Origin: Blepharisma stoltei ATCC 30299
Lineage: Eukaryota > Protista > Ciliophora
Direction: 5' to 3'
DNA length: 64,000 nt
Assembly (NCBI GenBank): GCA_965603825.1
Contig: CBFDEM010000004.1
Coordinates: 558,001 to 622,000 of the forward strand
Under the pieces are notes generated by a model that made no database searches, was not told the DNA's origin, and saw only the letters and a list, made by a program, of their open reading frames with translations. The translations under genes were made by a program, and so were the position numbers. Shown piece after piece: positions 39,936-51,712 of the stretch. Position 1 is the first letter of the stretch. Each line of letters opens with the position of its first letter.

Positions 39936-41780
39936 ATGGAAAAGATTTTAAATGAAATTGATTCTCAGATTAAGCTTGGAAACATCAATATAGCTCTAGA
40001 TAGTCTACAATCCTTAGTCACCAAATATAAAAAGAACCCTGAAATCTTAAAAGAAATATCTCTAAAATTCTACATAACTGGCCAAGAAATCATGAAAAAA
40101 GGTGATTATCGAAATGCAATTGGCCTATGAAAATTCTTATCTCTTTTATTTCCTCCAAGTGGTTTGCAAGACAAAATTTGTGACATAAAAAATGCATTAT
40201 CCTTTTGTTTTAGAGTTCTACGGAAAACCAACGAAGCTATCAAAGAAATTTTATCAGCCATAGAAGCTGCGACCATGCAAACTTCTACCAATTATAAATT
40301 AGCAGCTTTGCATTTAAATGCATGCGCTATTTACAGAGAAGACTTAAAAGACTCAAAATCTGCAATGATTCACGCTGAGCTTGCTTATTTTCATGCAAAA
40401 GAGTCAATTACGCTAGCTCACGTCGATATTTCAGCTGCCAGACATACTCTTGGAGTGACTTATTATAATTATGGGCTTTTAAAAGAAGAAAACAATGAAA
40501 TGTCAACGGCATTGCTGTGATATAGAGAAGGGTTTAAATTTTGCGAAGAATTTGTGAATGATTTGTTTTTGGAGCAAGCTTTTAGAGAAAAGATAAATTT
40601 TTTGGAAGGGAAGTCAAGGCTGTCACCAATCAAATTAATAAATAGAGGGTCTGCGTCTGTAGTCACATCGAGGGCAAAAAGGAAAAAGTCGCCTTATTTA
40701 TATGACGTTGCCAGTATCATAGATAGAAGCAAAATAAGTAGTAGGGCTTTGCAGTCGAGAAAATCGTCATCTTATGGGCCGAGATATAGGCATTTAGATC
40801 CCGGAATGTCAAGGTATGTGATTCCTCCTCATTTTGCTGTTAATAGGTCAGCAGCGCAATCAGAGTATAGCAATAACTCGTCAATCCATCAACATTCCCA
40901 GTACTCACAGCCTGATTCTATGTCTACAATTGAAAGATCAACTGAAGTCTCTGCGAGAACTAGCAAATATAAGATTTCAAAGCCGGCAACAAAAATAAAA
41001 ATCCCTAAAAAAATCAAAGTACAGAGAATTGTTTCGAAGCTTGAAAATAAAATAAGCCCGAAAAATAATTCTGAAGCTGTCAGAAGCAATATCGGGGAAT
41101 CAAAAATTTTTTCTGATGAATTTTATAGACACCAGAAAGCTATAGTAAAAATTCAATCATGGTTTAGAAGCTTAAAATGCCAAGAAATATATGGAAAGCA
41201 AAGAAAATTTTATGATTATATTGCCTTTGGAAAAGCTATTTTAAATGAAGGGTATTATTTTGTAACTGTTTATAGGAGCATTAAGCAGGCACAGTTGAAG
41301 CACCGCTTTATGAGGAAAAAAGTGGAAATTAACGTTGTAGTTGATGCTTTTCCATTAGAAAAAGGATTTCAAAAGCCCTCTGATTTAGATATAAGTTTGA
41401 GTGATATTTGTTTGAGGCTCAGCATTGAATCTGATGAGTTTGAACTAAGAAAAATTCAAGACAGCATAATCGACAAAGTTACGATCAGAGATGGGCATGT
41501 TGATATCAGCAATGAAGAGAAAACTACTGAAAAAATTATATCAAGAATAATTTATATAGGAAAGGCTGCCCTTTCCGATGATGCTGAATATGATTTAGAA
41601 ATGAAATATGTGTTTGGCAAAGAAAAGAAGATTGAAATAATAGCAGTAAACGGGGATTTGATTTATAACTATACAATGCAACTAGATTTGCTACAAGATT
41701 ATGAAACAATTAAAAAAAAAGTGCCATTTATTCTGAGCAGATTATTGATTGAAAATGGATCATTGCAGCTTAAAATATAG
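39936..41780 (+). CDS. TPR + IQ-motif protein
   Basis: Three in-frame ORFs joined by TGA at 40128 and 40518. TPR-like LHLNACAIY and LGVTYYNYG, plus IQ motif AIVKIQSWFRS. Confidence 0.7.
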
Positions 41781-41879
41781 AAAATCAATGTATTTTCATC
41801 AAATTAAATTTAATATATTTAAATATTATTTCTTATAGTTCAATTTTTATATAAAATAATTTAGTTAGCTCCTTTAGAT

Positions 41880-42329
41880 TTATTCATCCCATTTACAGAA
41901 TTCGCATGCGTTAACAACTACTCCTTTGCATCCTCTATCGCCTCTTGGTCCTGTGCATCCTTTAGGTCCTTGTTCTCCGACACATCCAGTAGGACCTTTT
42001 GGTCCTGGGCAGCCAGCAGGTCCACAAGGCCCTTTTGGTCCTTGGCATCCTTCATCGCCTTGGTCTCCTTGTGGTCCTGGGCATCCTTGATCACCTTGTG
42101 GGCCTGGAGGGCCTGGTGGACCTTGTGGGCCAGGAGGGCCTTGAGGGCCAGCAGGACCTTGGCAGCTTTGTGACCCGCCTTTTACTGGTGTAGTATTTTT
42201 AACGAGGGGAGTATTAAGAGCGTTTGCAATTACTGAAGCCTGATTTGTTACTTGCTTACTCTGTAGTAAATTAGGATTAGCAGCCAACGCCGCGACAGCG
42301 AGTACTATTAAAAATGCAGCTCTTACCAT
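41880..42329 (-). CDS. Secreted Cys-rich short collagen-like protein 1 (27 Gly-X-Y), 149 aa
   Basis: ATG at 42329, signal peptide [16 protein letters not shown], 27 uninterrupted triplets GPA...GVV, tail [11 protein letters not shown]. Confidence 0.9.
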   Translation of the reverse strand: MVRAAFLIVLAVAALAANPNLLQSKQVTNQASVIANALNTPLVKNTTPVKGGSQSCQGPAGPQGPPGPQGPPGPPGPQGDQGCPGPQGDQGDEGCQGPKGPCGPAGCPGPKGPTGCVGEQGPKGCTGPRGDRGCKGVVVNACEFCKWDE

Positions 42330-42364
42330 TATATTATTATATGATATTTTTTTCATTAGTCTCA

Positions 42365-42388
42365 ATATGTTTGAAAATGGTAAAAAAA
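42365..42388 (-). promoter_or_regulatory. Conserved upstream motif, collagen-like gene 1
   Basis: Plus strand ATATGTTTGAAAATGGTAAAAAAA, starting 36 nt upstream of the ATG. Confidence 0.65.
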
Positions 42389-42771
42389 TAGTTTTAATGA
42401 CCCTAAACAGAAATTATATGTTGCATTAGAATCCTATGTAAAAAAAATGATCCGCTCTTAAAAAATTAAAATCAATATCGTTGGTTTTGCCACGTATAGG
42501 AAATTCTTTGAAAAGAATACTTAAAATTAGTCGAATTTAAAGGTAAAAAAAAAATTGAAACAAGCATAGAGTAACTCTCCCAAACGCATTCAATTCTATC
42601 ATAGCTAAAACCTTATTAAAAATATATCAGCAATTTATATTTATATATCCAATTAAGCCATTTTTTATATAAGTAAAGTTTTTTTATTTTATTTCTTGAT
42701 TTTATCCAACCATTAAAATTAAAAATGGCCTTTTTTAACTGATAGGAATATTTTTAATAATTAGTTTAAAC

Positions 42772-43236
42772 TTAGGCATGAATAGCTTCTTCACATGAGC
42801 AATCGTCATCGTCGTATTCTATAATTTTAATGCTGCATCCTTTTGGGCCTGTGCATCCTTTAGGGCCTGGACATCCTTGCGGGCCTGGGCATCCTTGCGG
42901 TCCTTTTGGCCCTTCGCATCCTTGTGGGCCTTGACATCCTTGCGGGCCTTCATCTCCTGGTTCTCCTTGTGGTCCTTTAGGTCCTTTTGGTCCTGGGCAT
43001 CCTTGAGGTCCTTTAGGACCTTGTGGGCCTGGACATCCTTGTGGTCCTTGGCAGCCTTGAGGTCCAGGGCACCCTTGTCTTGTTGTAACGCACTCGTCAA
43101 ATTTTACTGTTTCGGTTTCCACAGCTGGGCAGCCCGATCCTCCAGTTGTTAATAATTTATCTTCCTGTTGTAATAAGCTGGGTTTAACAGCTAAAACAGC
43201 AATAGAAAGTGCTATCAGAATTGCTACTTTTACCAT
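42772..43236 (-). CDS. Secreted Cys-rich short collagen-like protein 2 (27 Gly-X-Y), 154 aa
   Basis: Signal peptide [16 protein letters not shown], 27 triplets GCP...GCS, acidic Cys tail DDDDCSCEE. Confidence 0.9.
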   Translation of the reverse strand: MVKVAILIALSIAVLAVKPSLLQQEDKLLTTGGSGCPAVETETVKFDECVTTRQGCPGPQGCQGPQGCPGPQGPKGPQGCPGPKGPKGPQGEPGDEGPQGCQGPQGCEGPKGPQGCPGPQGCPGPKGCTGPKGCSIKIIEYDDDDCSCEEAIHA

Positions 43237-43269
43237 TTGATATTATATGCCATTGTTTTTTTAAACTTT

Positions 43270-43292
43270 ATATGCATGCAAATGGTAAAAAA
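43270..43292 (-). promoter_or_regulatory. Conserved upstream motif, collagen-like gene 2
   Basis: Plus strand ATATGCATGCAAATGGTAAAAAA, 34 nt upstream of the ATG. Confidence 0.6.
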
Positions 43293-43570
43293 TAATTAAA
43301 AGTAATTCATATTTTAAAAAATATATATAATTAAACTGAAAAGTTAGAAAATTAGTAGGATTCAGTTGCAAATATTTTTATTAATATCAATTTGATATAT
43401 GATTTTAAAAAATTAATAAAATAAGTGTGACTTTTATATATAAATTTAAGTTATGTATTCTAAATAGGCATCTGTTTTATTTATTCATATTTCAAAAAAT
43501 ACTAGATTTTTTTCTTTTTTAAATAAATTATTAAAAAAATGGCAAATATATAGAAAAATCACTTATGTAA

Positions 43571-44071
43571 TTACCATTGTTTTTGTTCACATTTTATCTC
43601 ATCTCTGTCATCTCTGTCATCATGATCATTGCATGCGCAACTTCTTACAACTTCATCGATTTCCTGGCACCTAATAATAACTCCAGCTGGACCTCTGTCT
43701 CCACAATCTCCTTTTTCCCCTTTGCAGCCTTGCTCTCCACAAAGACCTGCTTCTCCACGTTCTCCTTTGATTCCTGCGCAACCTTGCAGACCTTGGTCTC
43801 CCTTATCTCCTTTTGGACCTTTGTCCCCTTTAGGTCCTTTGCAGCCTTGAGGTCCCTGAGGACCAGGTGGACCTTGTGGTCCTTGGCATCCTTGTTCACC
43901 TCTGTCACCTTTATCTCCTTTTTGATATAAAATTTTTACTTGGCATTCATCTTGTTCGTGTCCACATTGTTGCTGTTGACACTCGTCGCCTTCTAAAAAT
44001 GATCCCTTGAGATTCGGCTTAAATGCAAGGGCGGTTAGGGCGAGAATCATCAGAATTGCAAGTTTGACCAT
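43571..44071 (-). CDS. Secreted Cys-rich short collagen-like protein 3 (27 Gly-X-Y, charge-rich), 166 aa
   Basis: Signal peptide [16 protein letters not shown], 27 triplets GDK...GVI, tail with CAC and DDRDDR. Confidence 0.9.
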   Translation of the reverse strand: MVKLAILMILALTALAFKPNLKGSFLEGDECQQQQCGHEQDECQVKILYQKGDKGDRGEQGCQGPQGPPGPQGPQGCKGPKGDKGPKGDKGDQGLQGCAGIKGERGEAGLCGEQGCKGEKGDCGDRGPAGVIIRCQEIDEVVRSCACNDHDDRDDRDEIKCEQKQW

Positions 44072-44103
44072 ATTAATTATCGCATTTCAAAATTTTAGTG
44101 CCC

Positions 44104-44121
44104 ATATGTTTGTAGCATTGG
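44104..44121 (-). promoter_or_regulatory. Partial copy of upstream motif, collagen-like gene 3
   Basis: Plus strand ATATGTTTGTAGCATTGG, 33 nt upstream of the ATG. Only the ATATGTTTG half matches well. Confidence 0.45.
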
Positions 44122-44414
44122 ACAAGATTTAAAGATGGTGGAGAAGACGTTTTCTGATAAATCAGCAATTAAGTATGGCAGTAAAATTCGAAATAAAATA
44201 AGATGGGAGAAGAAAGAGATTTAAATATAGAATATATATATATAAGTACGGATTTATAAGCGATAAGAAGTTAGTGCAATAATGGAAGCGTAGATAAAAA
44301 TATAAGAAAGGTAGGGATTAATCCATGCATATAATTTAATTGAATGAAGAAAATCTTAACTTTGTAGGTTAGGTTTAAACAAAAATCTAGTATTTAAGAA
44401 TTAATAATAATGTA

Positions 44415-46478
44415 TTATCTAATCATCCTATTTAAAATTGCTAAAGAAAGTGGGTTATCATTTTTCATACCTTGCAAACTGTTTTTTAAGTACACAAGAT
44501 TTCTTGAGTGTGACGAGTCTGTATCCTTATCAATTGTTAGTGCTTTTATTATGTTTAGCAAATATTCTATGTCTGCAGCTAGCTGTTTTCCGCCTTGCTG
44601 GCTTAGCTGTTTTATCTGCAAAATTTTTGAAGTGAAAATGCCTAAAAGTGAGTATCCAAGAACAGCAATCCAAAAATGAACATTAAGCCCATGCGGTAAA
44701 TCTTTAGGCGAAGAAACAGAAAACTCAACTATGTAAGCTTTTTCATAATTCATGTCAGGTGAACTGGGTGCCAATTGCTGCAAAAGCCCTAGCAAATGCT
44801 CACCAACAGCTATAATGCTAGGCGATGGGGAAGCTGAAAACTGGGCTACTGGCTCTACTCAAGTTGGAAGAGCATGATAACTATAAAGCTTACCAGCAAT
44901 TGGTAGGTATAAAACTCTAAGAGCTAAATCTTTACTTTCGTCAAGCATTGACTCTAATATTTTTAAAATCCCATTAAAAAACCTCCCCCCTTCTCTTAAA
45001 GTTCTCACAAAATGCTGGCATTTTTTGGCTAAATTCGGATTATTTATTTGTATTGCATCCTGAAGTTCTTTTTGCTCTGTAAATTCTGTTGTGAAATATG
45101 AAGTTGTCATACAGTTTAAAAATTCCTGCCTTATTTTCCCATCAATTCTTTCAACTTCTACATAAAAATCCAACACTTCTTCATAAAACTTTATTGTTGC
45201 TTGGACATCATTTCAGTTTAATTGAAATTGAGTCGAAGGACCTGAAGTAAAGTCAAGATTTGGGAGAGTTTTTATATTATTTTGCAAAACAAAGCTGCTA
45301 ATTTCATTTTTAAATTTTTCTATTTCACTGATCATTGCTTGTTCTATAATCGGACACCATTCTGAAGCCGATGTACCAAGTGTAATTTTCAAACACCTTT
45401 CCCATGAATTTTTGATTTCGTTTAATAAATACTGACTCGATTTTTTCCAATTATCAATGGGATTATCTCTGAAAACTCGAGGAATGTTGGAATTATCAAA
45501 AAGTTTCTTTTCTAGCTGAGTCAGCTTAGTAGAAATTGCAATGATATGCAAAGATATTGGATTTATTGAATTTGTTGCATTTTTCACATAAGAAATCAAT
45601 GATAATAAAGATGTAAAAGTTGGAATAAGTGAATCTATTGGTTGACCTAAAAATAGATCACTAATTCTTTCCTTGCTTAAAATTTGTTCAAATAGTGTTT
45701 CAAGATATGGTGATGGGTCTGGGAAAATAGTTTGAAATAAACTTCCTTCATTTCTGATTCTTTGTAAGACCTCGGAAATCATCTCGTCAAATGTATCAGA
45801 AGTGCTTTTTTGGTAAATTTTTAAGCGATTTCCTACCAAAATTTCTGCAAATTCCATACTATTTTCTAGCTCATTGTAAATTCTATGCAATTTCTTTAGC
45901 TCTTCTCGAGCTTCTTTTTTGCTCATTTCTTCTGTTTTTTTTCTTAGCTTTTCTTTAATTACTCTCATAAAACTTTCAATTTTTTCAACAAATTTTTCGA
46001 ATTGTGGCAATCCTGTCATAAATTTAAGAGATTTCCTCATAGATGCAAACTGTTCTGTAACATTTTCAATATCTTCATTAGAATCTAATAATGCATGCAT
46101 CCTCTCAACTTTGCTTTCAAAAGTTTCTATTTCTTGCAAAGCATTTTTGCAGTCAGAAATCCTTTCTGTAAGAAGATGATCGCGCTTGAGTTCTTCTAGC
46201 TCAGGAGTTTTTAATGATTTGAAAGCGTTTTCGATTCTTTCAGTTTCTTTTATGAGATCTATGGTATCGATAGAGAGAGCTGAGACTTGATCTTTATAAG
46301 ATCCTATATCTTTGAATAAAGATGATGATTTAAATTCAAGGGTAGCTTCGAGATCTTGCTCAAGCAGTTGAAGTTTGATACTTAGAGAGCTGAGTTTTTG
46401 TTCAGGCTGTGAATCGTTTTCTAAAATTGCGTTTAGCCATGATACAGGATCTCAGTTGTCTTGAAATATATCATCCAT
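44415..46478 (-). CDS. COG7: Conserved oligomeric Golgi complex subunit 7-like
   Basis: One frame through TGA at 46452, 45213 and 44859. N-terminus DPVSWLNA...LSSLSIKLQL; C-terminal FSASPSPSIIAVGEHLL and KQLAADIEYLLNIIKAL. Confidence 0.75.
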
Positions 46479-46617
46479 TTTATATGAAAATGATTATTAT
46501 TAGGTATAAATGATATTGCCAAGTAATATTATCTTTAGATGGATACCAAATGTAATTAATTTTTCCAATAGAAATGCCAAGATACGAAAACTTAATTAAT
46601 AATTCGCATCAGATTGC

Positions 46618-47431
46618 TTAATCATTAAATTCGGAAATTTTTTCAAAATTCTTCTTTTCCTTGTTAAATCTAAAACAAAAATAGGACAATCTATCCTTAT
46701 TGAGGATATTTAAACATAAATATGTTAATACTTGAAAATCAATTGAATATATTTTATATCCTTTTGCAAGATTTGCACTTCCAATTGTATTTCATATATA
46801 TGGATTATTAAAACCGCTTTCAAAAACTCTCCTTTCTGCCTCAAAAATGTAAATTCTTGAACTTTCATAAATTAAAATTTTGAACATAAATTTTGAAACT
46901 GTCAAAATTTTGCTATAGCTGTTCAGATCTTCATCATATTCATATACTTTCGAATGGCGAAATCCTGAAAATATAATCTTTTTATTATAAGAAATTGATG
47001 ATATTTCATGTGATGCTTCAGGGATTGGAGATATTGTGATTCATCGACTACTTTTCATTTCAAACTTAGCTGCAAAATTAGAATACTCAAAAATACATGC
47101 TCCTCCAAAAGCATAGATATTACCATTATGGAAAACAATTCCAGGTTTAGAGCAAGGATTACCATGGCAAAACTGGATATAAGCGCCGCTTGCTGGATTT
47201 ATGATGTATGTAGTGCCAAATTCTTGATATGAATTCCCAAAGCAAAATAAAGAGGAGTCAGGGAGTGATATTATAGATGTTCCAGAATCAAGAGGCTCTG
47301 GAGTTTCTATAAAAATTTTATCTTTCTTGTTTGAATTTATATCATAGCTTTTCAATGTTGTAATATCATAACTTCGCCCTATTGAATAGAGCTTAATTTC
47401 TTCGTAAAAAGTTACTATTTTCTTCTGTCAT
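46618..47431 (-). CDS. Kelch-like beta-propeller protein
   Basis: SLFCFGN, NIYAFGG, SSR-W(TGA 47041)-ITISPIP; open to TAA at 46618-46620. The start at 47431 requires a 16-nt intron. Confidence 0.65.
47400..47415 (-). other. Candidate 16-nt intron
   Basis: GTAACTTTTTACGAAG fits GTA-N6-TA-N3-AG. Removal puts ATG 47431 in frame. Confidence 0.5.
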
Positions 47432-47894
47432 CTTTATGAATGCTATTTAATAAATCTTGAAATGTCTTCAGAAATGTTATCTGCAGTTGTGCAAGTTATA
47501 ATATAACTTAATATAATTAAAATAAAATTTTTGTATTCAATTTTGCCAAAGTTTCACATAATTTCTTCTGATGCTAATCAAAGACGTATTATCTTGTTGA
47601 AATTTTATTCTATCACATATAACTTAAAAATTGACTACAAAAGGATGAAAAAGATGCTTAATTTAATGCTTTGATAGTAAATAATTTTTATCATCAATTT
47701 ATTTTCTGCATAGCATAAAAAATTAAAGACATCTCACTAATTATTATTTATAAGCTCTTCCGTCAATAATCTAAGCTCTACGCTAGCTATTCTACTCATA
47801 AAATTATAGATATCTTTTAAATCACCAGTGTATCTTCACTTGACGAAAAGTATCTAACCAGTCTGAAAGTATCCTAGAGTCTATAAAGAATATA

Positions 47895-48788
47895 ATGCAA
47901 CTTGAGCAAAGCATCGACTGCACGCTCCAGGAGTGGACAGATCTTAAGCTAAATAACCTTAGGATCGACCGCAAGCAAAGGATAACTGAAGACATTTTCT
48001 CATCTCTTAAGCTTGGAGAGGCTGAGTCAATAACAGGCACTTGTCTTGCCAAGCATAGCATTACAGCCGAGCTCCGTTCTCGTATGATTGACTGGATGAT
48101 TGAAGTGCTTGCTCAGTACCGTACTTCTGGGCAAACCTTTTTCCTTGCAGTAAAAATTATGGATAAATACTTCCAAAAATGCACTGAATCTTTACCAGCA
48201 ACTAAGTTACATCTAGTCGGTGTAACTTCAATGTTCATTGCATCAAAATTTGAAGATATTTACTCCTTAAGGCTTAAAATCGTATACGAGAAGATCGCTC
48301 ATAAAAGACTCTCTGAAAAGTCAATCAGAAAAATGGAACAAAAAATCCTGAGAACTCTCAAATTTGACTTAGCGATCCCCAATTGTGCAGATTTTTTAGG
48401 ATATTTATGTGAAATAGTGAATCCATCATTAGCAATCAGAAGAACAGCAGAGTTAATTTTGGTTCTTCTGCAGATTTATTATAATACTGGACTTTTGCCT
48501 TCCCAAGAAGCAACTGCAGCCTTAATAATTGCAGCGAATTCTTTGAGACAAGAAAGGCTGGTGCCAAAAATTTTAGACGCGTCAGAATGCTCAGAATTCG
48601 ATATGGCTTTTGTAGTTGATAGAATTTTAAGAGGGATTTATGATTTCCCTAGAAATTTAGGGAGTTTTAAATCCGCGATGAAATTTTTGGGGTTCAGTTT
48701 GATACTAAGAACTCCAGGGCCTCTATTCGTGTTTGAAGATTTAGACGTCCAGGCTGACCAAGAGCAGCTGCTAACAATATTTAATTAA
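47895..48788 (+). CDS. Cyclin with A/B-type cyclin box
   Basis: LRSRMIDWMIEV, TFFLAVKIMDKY, LVGVTSMFIASKFEDIY and MEQKILRTLKFDL. Confidence 0.9.
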   Translation: MQLEQSIDCTLQEWTDLKLNNLRIDRKQRITEDIFSSLKLGEAESITGTCLAKHSITAELRSRMIDWMIEVLAQYRTSGQTFFLAVKIMDKYFQKCTESLPATKLHLVGVTSMFIASKFEDIYSLRLKIVYEKIAHKRLSEKSIRKMEQKILRTLKFDLAIPNCADFLGYLCEIVNPSLAIRRTAELILVLLQIYYNTGLLPSQEATAALIIAANSLRQERLVPKILDASECSEFDMAFVVDRILRGIYDFPRNLGSFKSAMKFLGFSLILRTPGPLFVFEDLDVQADQEQLLTIFN

Positions 48789-48911
48789 TGTAAAAGTAAT
48801 TAATTTGCATAAATTTATTGGGATTTGACTAATTTGAGTAACTATATTAAATTAATATCTTTTACATACTACTCCATCCTATTACTTCCCACGTCCATTG
48901 CTAAATATTCT

Positions 48912-50345
48912 TTACCTTTTGTCGGCTAGCTCTGGATATTTTTTCATTAATTTTGAATAAATTTTCTTCCCAAATTGGCTTCTTTTCAAGTCATCCATAA
49001 GAGGCTTTATATCCCTCATCATTTTTGTAAAAAGCAGAGGCGCAGCTAGGCTTAAAGCTCGCTGTACGACTAAATAAATTTTACCATAATTAGCGAATTG
49101 ATCTGGAATCATTTTTGCCAAATTCTTTGGATTCCCAATTTCTTGTATCATAGCTTGTTGCACTTCACTTTGGTTTTGCTGCAAACATTTTTCTATTACA
49201 TTTGATGAAAATTTCTGAGTTGATAGTTTCTGCATATAAGGGATGAAGATAAATGCCAATCTTGCATTTATATTTGGTGAATTCAAGTCAAGCACATACT
49301 GTACCACGTAATTTCCAAAGGCATCTTGAACTAAAACGACTGCATTTTCGACGATTTTGTCAACAAGAAGATCTAGCTGTCTTGGAGATGCTGCGTCAAT
49401 GCATCTTTGTAAAACGCAGCAGCCATGCCTATGAGTGCCGATATCAATAATATTTAAACTGGTGGCTTCATATATGAAATTAGTATTGGCTTGCCCTAGG
49501 GTATGTAAGCACTTTTGTATGACATGATTTCCATTGATATCTTTAATAAGGGTAATCACGTTATTTTTCAGAGCTTCGACTATGGTTTGTATATGATTCG
49601 GATACTTAGCCACAATATCGAGCAGTTTTTGGACTGCTCTTGTCCCATGAGGACTTAAAGAAATTTGAGTAATTTCATTATAAATGACACTAATAATTGA
49701 CCTTAATATTCCTTCATCACATACCTCCATCAATTTTTGTACTAAATAATTTCCAAAAGGATCTACCATTAGTATTGGCAGCTGCAGCATTATTTGATCA
49801 TAAATTGTCTGAATTGTAAATGGGTTTTGCTCTTCTAGTTTCTTCTGTAGCATTCTGCATCCTATTTGATCTTTAGCCATATCTAAAGCATTTGTGTATA
49901 TATGCTGCGCATTAAACTGTGTAAACCCATAGAACTCTGAGCCACCATAGCTGCTTGGTTGGAAATCTTGGACATTTGGCTGCGAATATTCAGTAAATCC
50001 GCTTGGTGGGTCTTCTTCCTTTATGCATGTATCCACTACATGATTTACCAATACACTTGTAGATCTAGAACGATCATCAGAATCAGAAACTTGGGACATT
50101 TTCCTTGATTGTGTCGTATGCAGAGGCTCATTAAGAGGCGGCGGAATGTTCATTTTTGCCTTATACCTCTCATAAAATTCTTCGTACATCTGATCATTAC
50201 GAATATCTGAGAATGCGATGGTATAGTCTTGCCCCATAGGAAAGGCGAATATCATATTTGAGTCTAGCATAGGAGGAGCGGAAATGGAGCGAGAAGGGTT
50301 GGAATCTCCGGGCACAAGAAACTGATGATAATAAGGAGATGTCAT
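48912..50345 (-). CDS. Pumilio/PUF RNA-binding protein
   Basis: Eight PUF repeats: GCRMLQ, GNYLVQ, GTRAVQ, GNHVIQ, GCCVLQ, GNYVVQ, SSNVIE, and ANYVVQ after intron removal. Confidence 0.92.
   Translation of the reverse strand: MTSPYYHQFLVPGDSNPSRSISAPPMLDSNMIFAFPMGQDYTIAFSDIRNDQMYEEFYERYKAKMNIPPPLNEPLHTTQSRKMSQVSDSDDRSRSTSVLVNHVVDTCIKEEDPPSGFTEYSQPNVQDFQPSSYGGSEFYGFTQFNAQHIYTNALDMAKDQIGCRMLQKKLEEQNPFTIQTIYDQIMLQLPILMVDPFGNYLVQKLMEVCDEGILRSIISVIYNEITQISLSPHGTRAVQKLLDIVAKYPNHIQTIVEALKNNVITLIKDINGNHVIQKCLHTLGQANTNFIYEATSLNIIDIGTHRHGCCVLQRCIDAASPRQLDLLVDKIVENAVVLVQDAFGNYVVQYVLDLNSPNINARLAFIFIPYMQKLSTQKFSSNVIEKCLQQNQSEVQQAMIQEIGNPKNLAKMIPDQFANYGKIYLVVQRALSLAAPLLFTKMMRDIKPLMDDLKRSQFGKKIYSKLMKKYPELADKR
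49070..49084 (-). other. 15-nt in-frame intron
   Basis: GTAAAATTTATTTAG. Removal converts NY-GKIYL-VVQ to the canonical PUF NYVVQ. Confidence 0.9.
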
Positions 50346-50361
50346 ACTTATTAATCCAAAA

Positions 50362-51198
50362 ATGAAAAATCTAAGCTATGGAAGAAATGAAGTTTTGCAT
50401 TTGGAGCCAAAAAGACCTTATCGATATAATGATAGATTAAAGAGGAAAGAGTCTAGAGAAAGGACGGTCCCAAAGGAAGTAAAAATGTGTGTGGAGTCAT
50501 TTGAGGACACTAATACGGAGAGCACTCATACAAGGCAGCCAACTATGATTATCAATAATCTCAGCCAAAGCCAGAGGTTTATATCAGCACTCAGCAATGT
50601 TCCGAGTGATGGGCTGCTAAAATTGGAAACTTCGTTGGACTTCTGGGATTATGGAGTCGGGAGTTTAGATTTAAACTTTGAATACGATTCTGATGAATTT
50701 CTGAGTGATATTTCACGCTTTGAAGATGCTGAAAATACCCAAGAGCCTTTAAAGTCATTTACTCAAGACAGTACAAAAAATTCTATAAAACAGTCATTAG
50801 TAGTAGAAAGCAAAAGCTACATAACACATAAAACGGGCAAAAAGACAAAAATTCTCGGAAAATTAAAAGAATCTACCAATGCAAAACCTACCTTAAGCAC
50901 TCATGAAAATGAGCCCGATTCATATCGAGAAAAAAATTATTATTATGGAAAACAATCTGGATCCCCTCAGAGTGATTTTATAAACTATATAACTTCCAAA
51001 GCATATTGTCCTAAATGTCAATGTGAAGTCTCAACTACTGTAAAATTTAAATTTCCCTCAATGACATTGTAATTTTTATTTAGCTGGCAAAAATTGTGCT
51101 GCAGAACTTGCTATGGAAGTGGTGATTTCAAAGAAATTCTTTATCACTGTAAAAAATGTAAGACTCTCATAACAAAAATTAAAAGAAGCAAGAAATAG
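50362..51198 (+). CDS. LITAF-like zinc-ribbon protein (start codon uncertain)
   Basis: CPKCQCEVSTTV, then after a 15-nt intron FWQKLCC...EILYHCKKC, ending at TAG 51196-51198. Confidence 0.7.
51069..51083 (+). other. 15-nt intron
   Basis: GTAATTTTTATTTAG contains the apparent TAA stop. Removal supplies the second CxxC. Confidence 0.88.
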
Positions 51199-51712
51199 AT
51201 AATTATATTTGCATTGCGTTAGATTAATAAAGGGGTATTAATTGTTGAATAATTATTTCTGAGTGTACATCTTTAGTAAACTCATTTATGTTTAATCAAA
51301 TTTTTTGAGCTTTTCATGAAAAATACTATTTTCGCATAAGAAATTTCTGATGCTAAAACGTCTTAGTGCCTAATATCTAAGAAAATGAGCCGATAATTGC
51401 TGGATATACAAATAATGAGTTTTAAAATTTTGTTGAAAGGTAGCCCCATAAATAATATGCTAAAAATAAAACAACTCAATTATTAGTTGCATAAATTCCT
51501 AAGCTTGTGATAGCATAATCAGCATCCAAGCCCAGAGATCTAAAGCTTTAAAGTTGATAATTTTTCATTAAATAAGCACCCATAATTATAGATACAATTC
51601 AGAAAATTCCTTATAATTAAAAAATTGATATCTATTGCTATTTATAGCACCTAAATTAATAAATTAACCCATCAAAACTATTCATCTACGATTTTTCTAT
51701 TAATTATAATAT

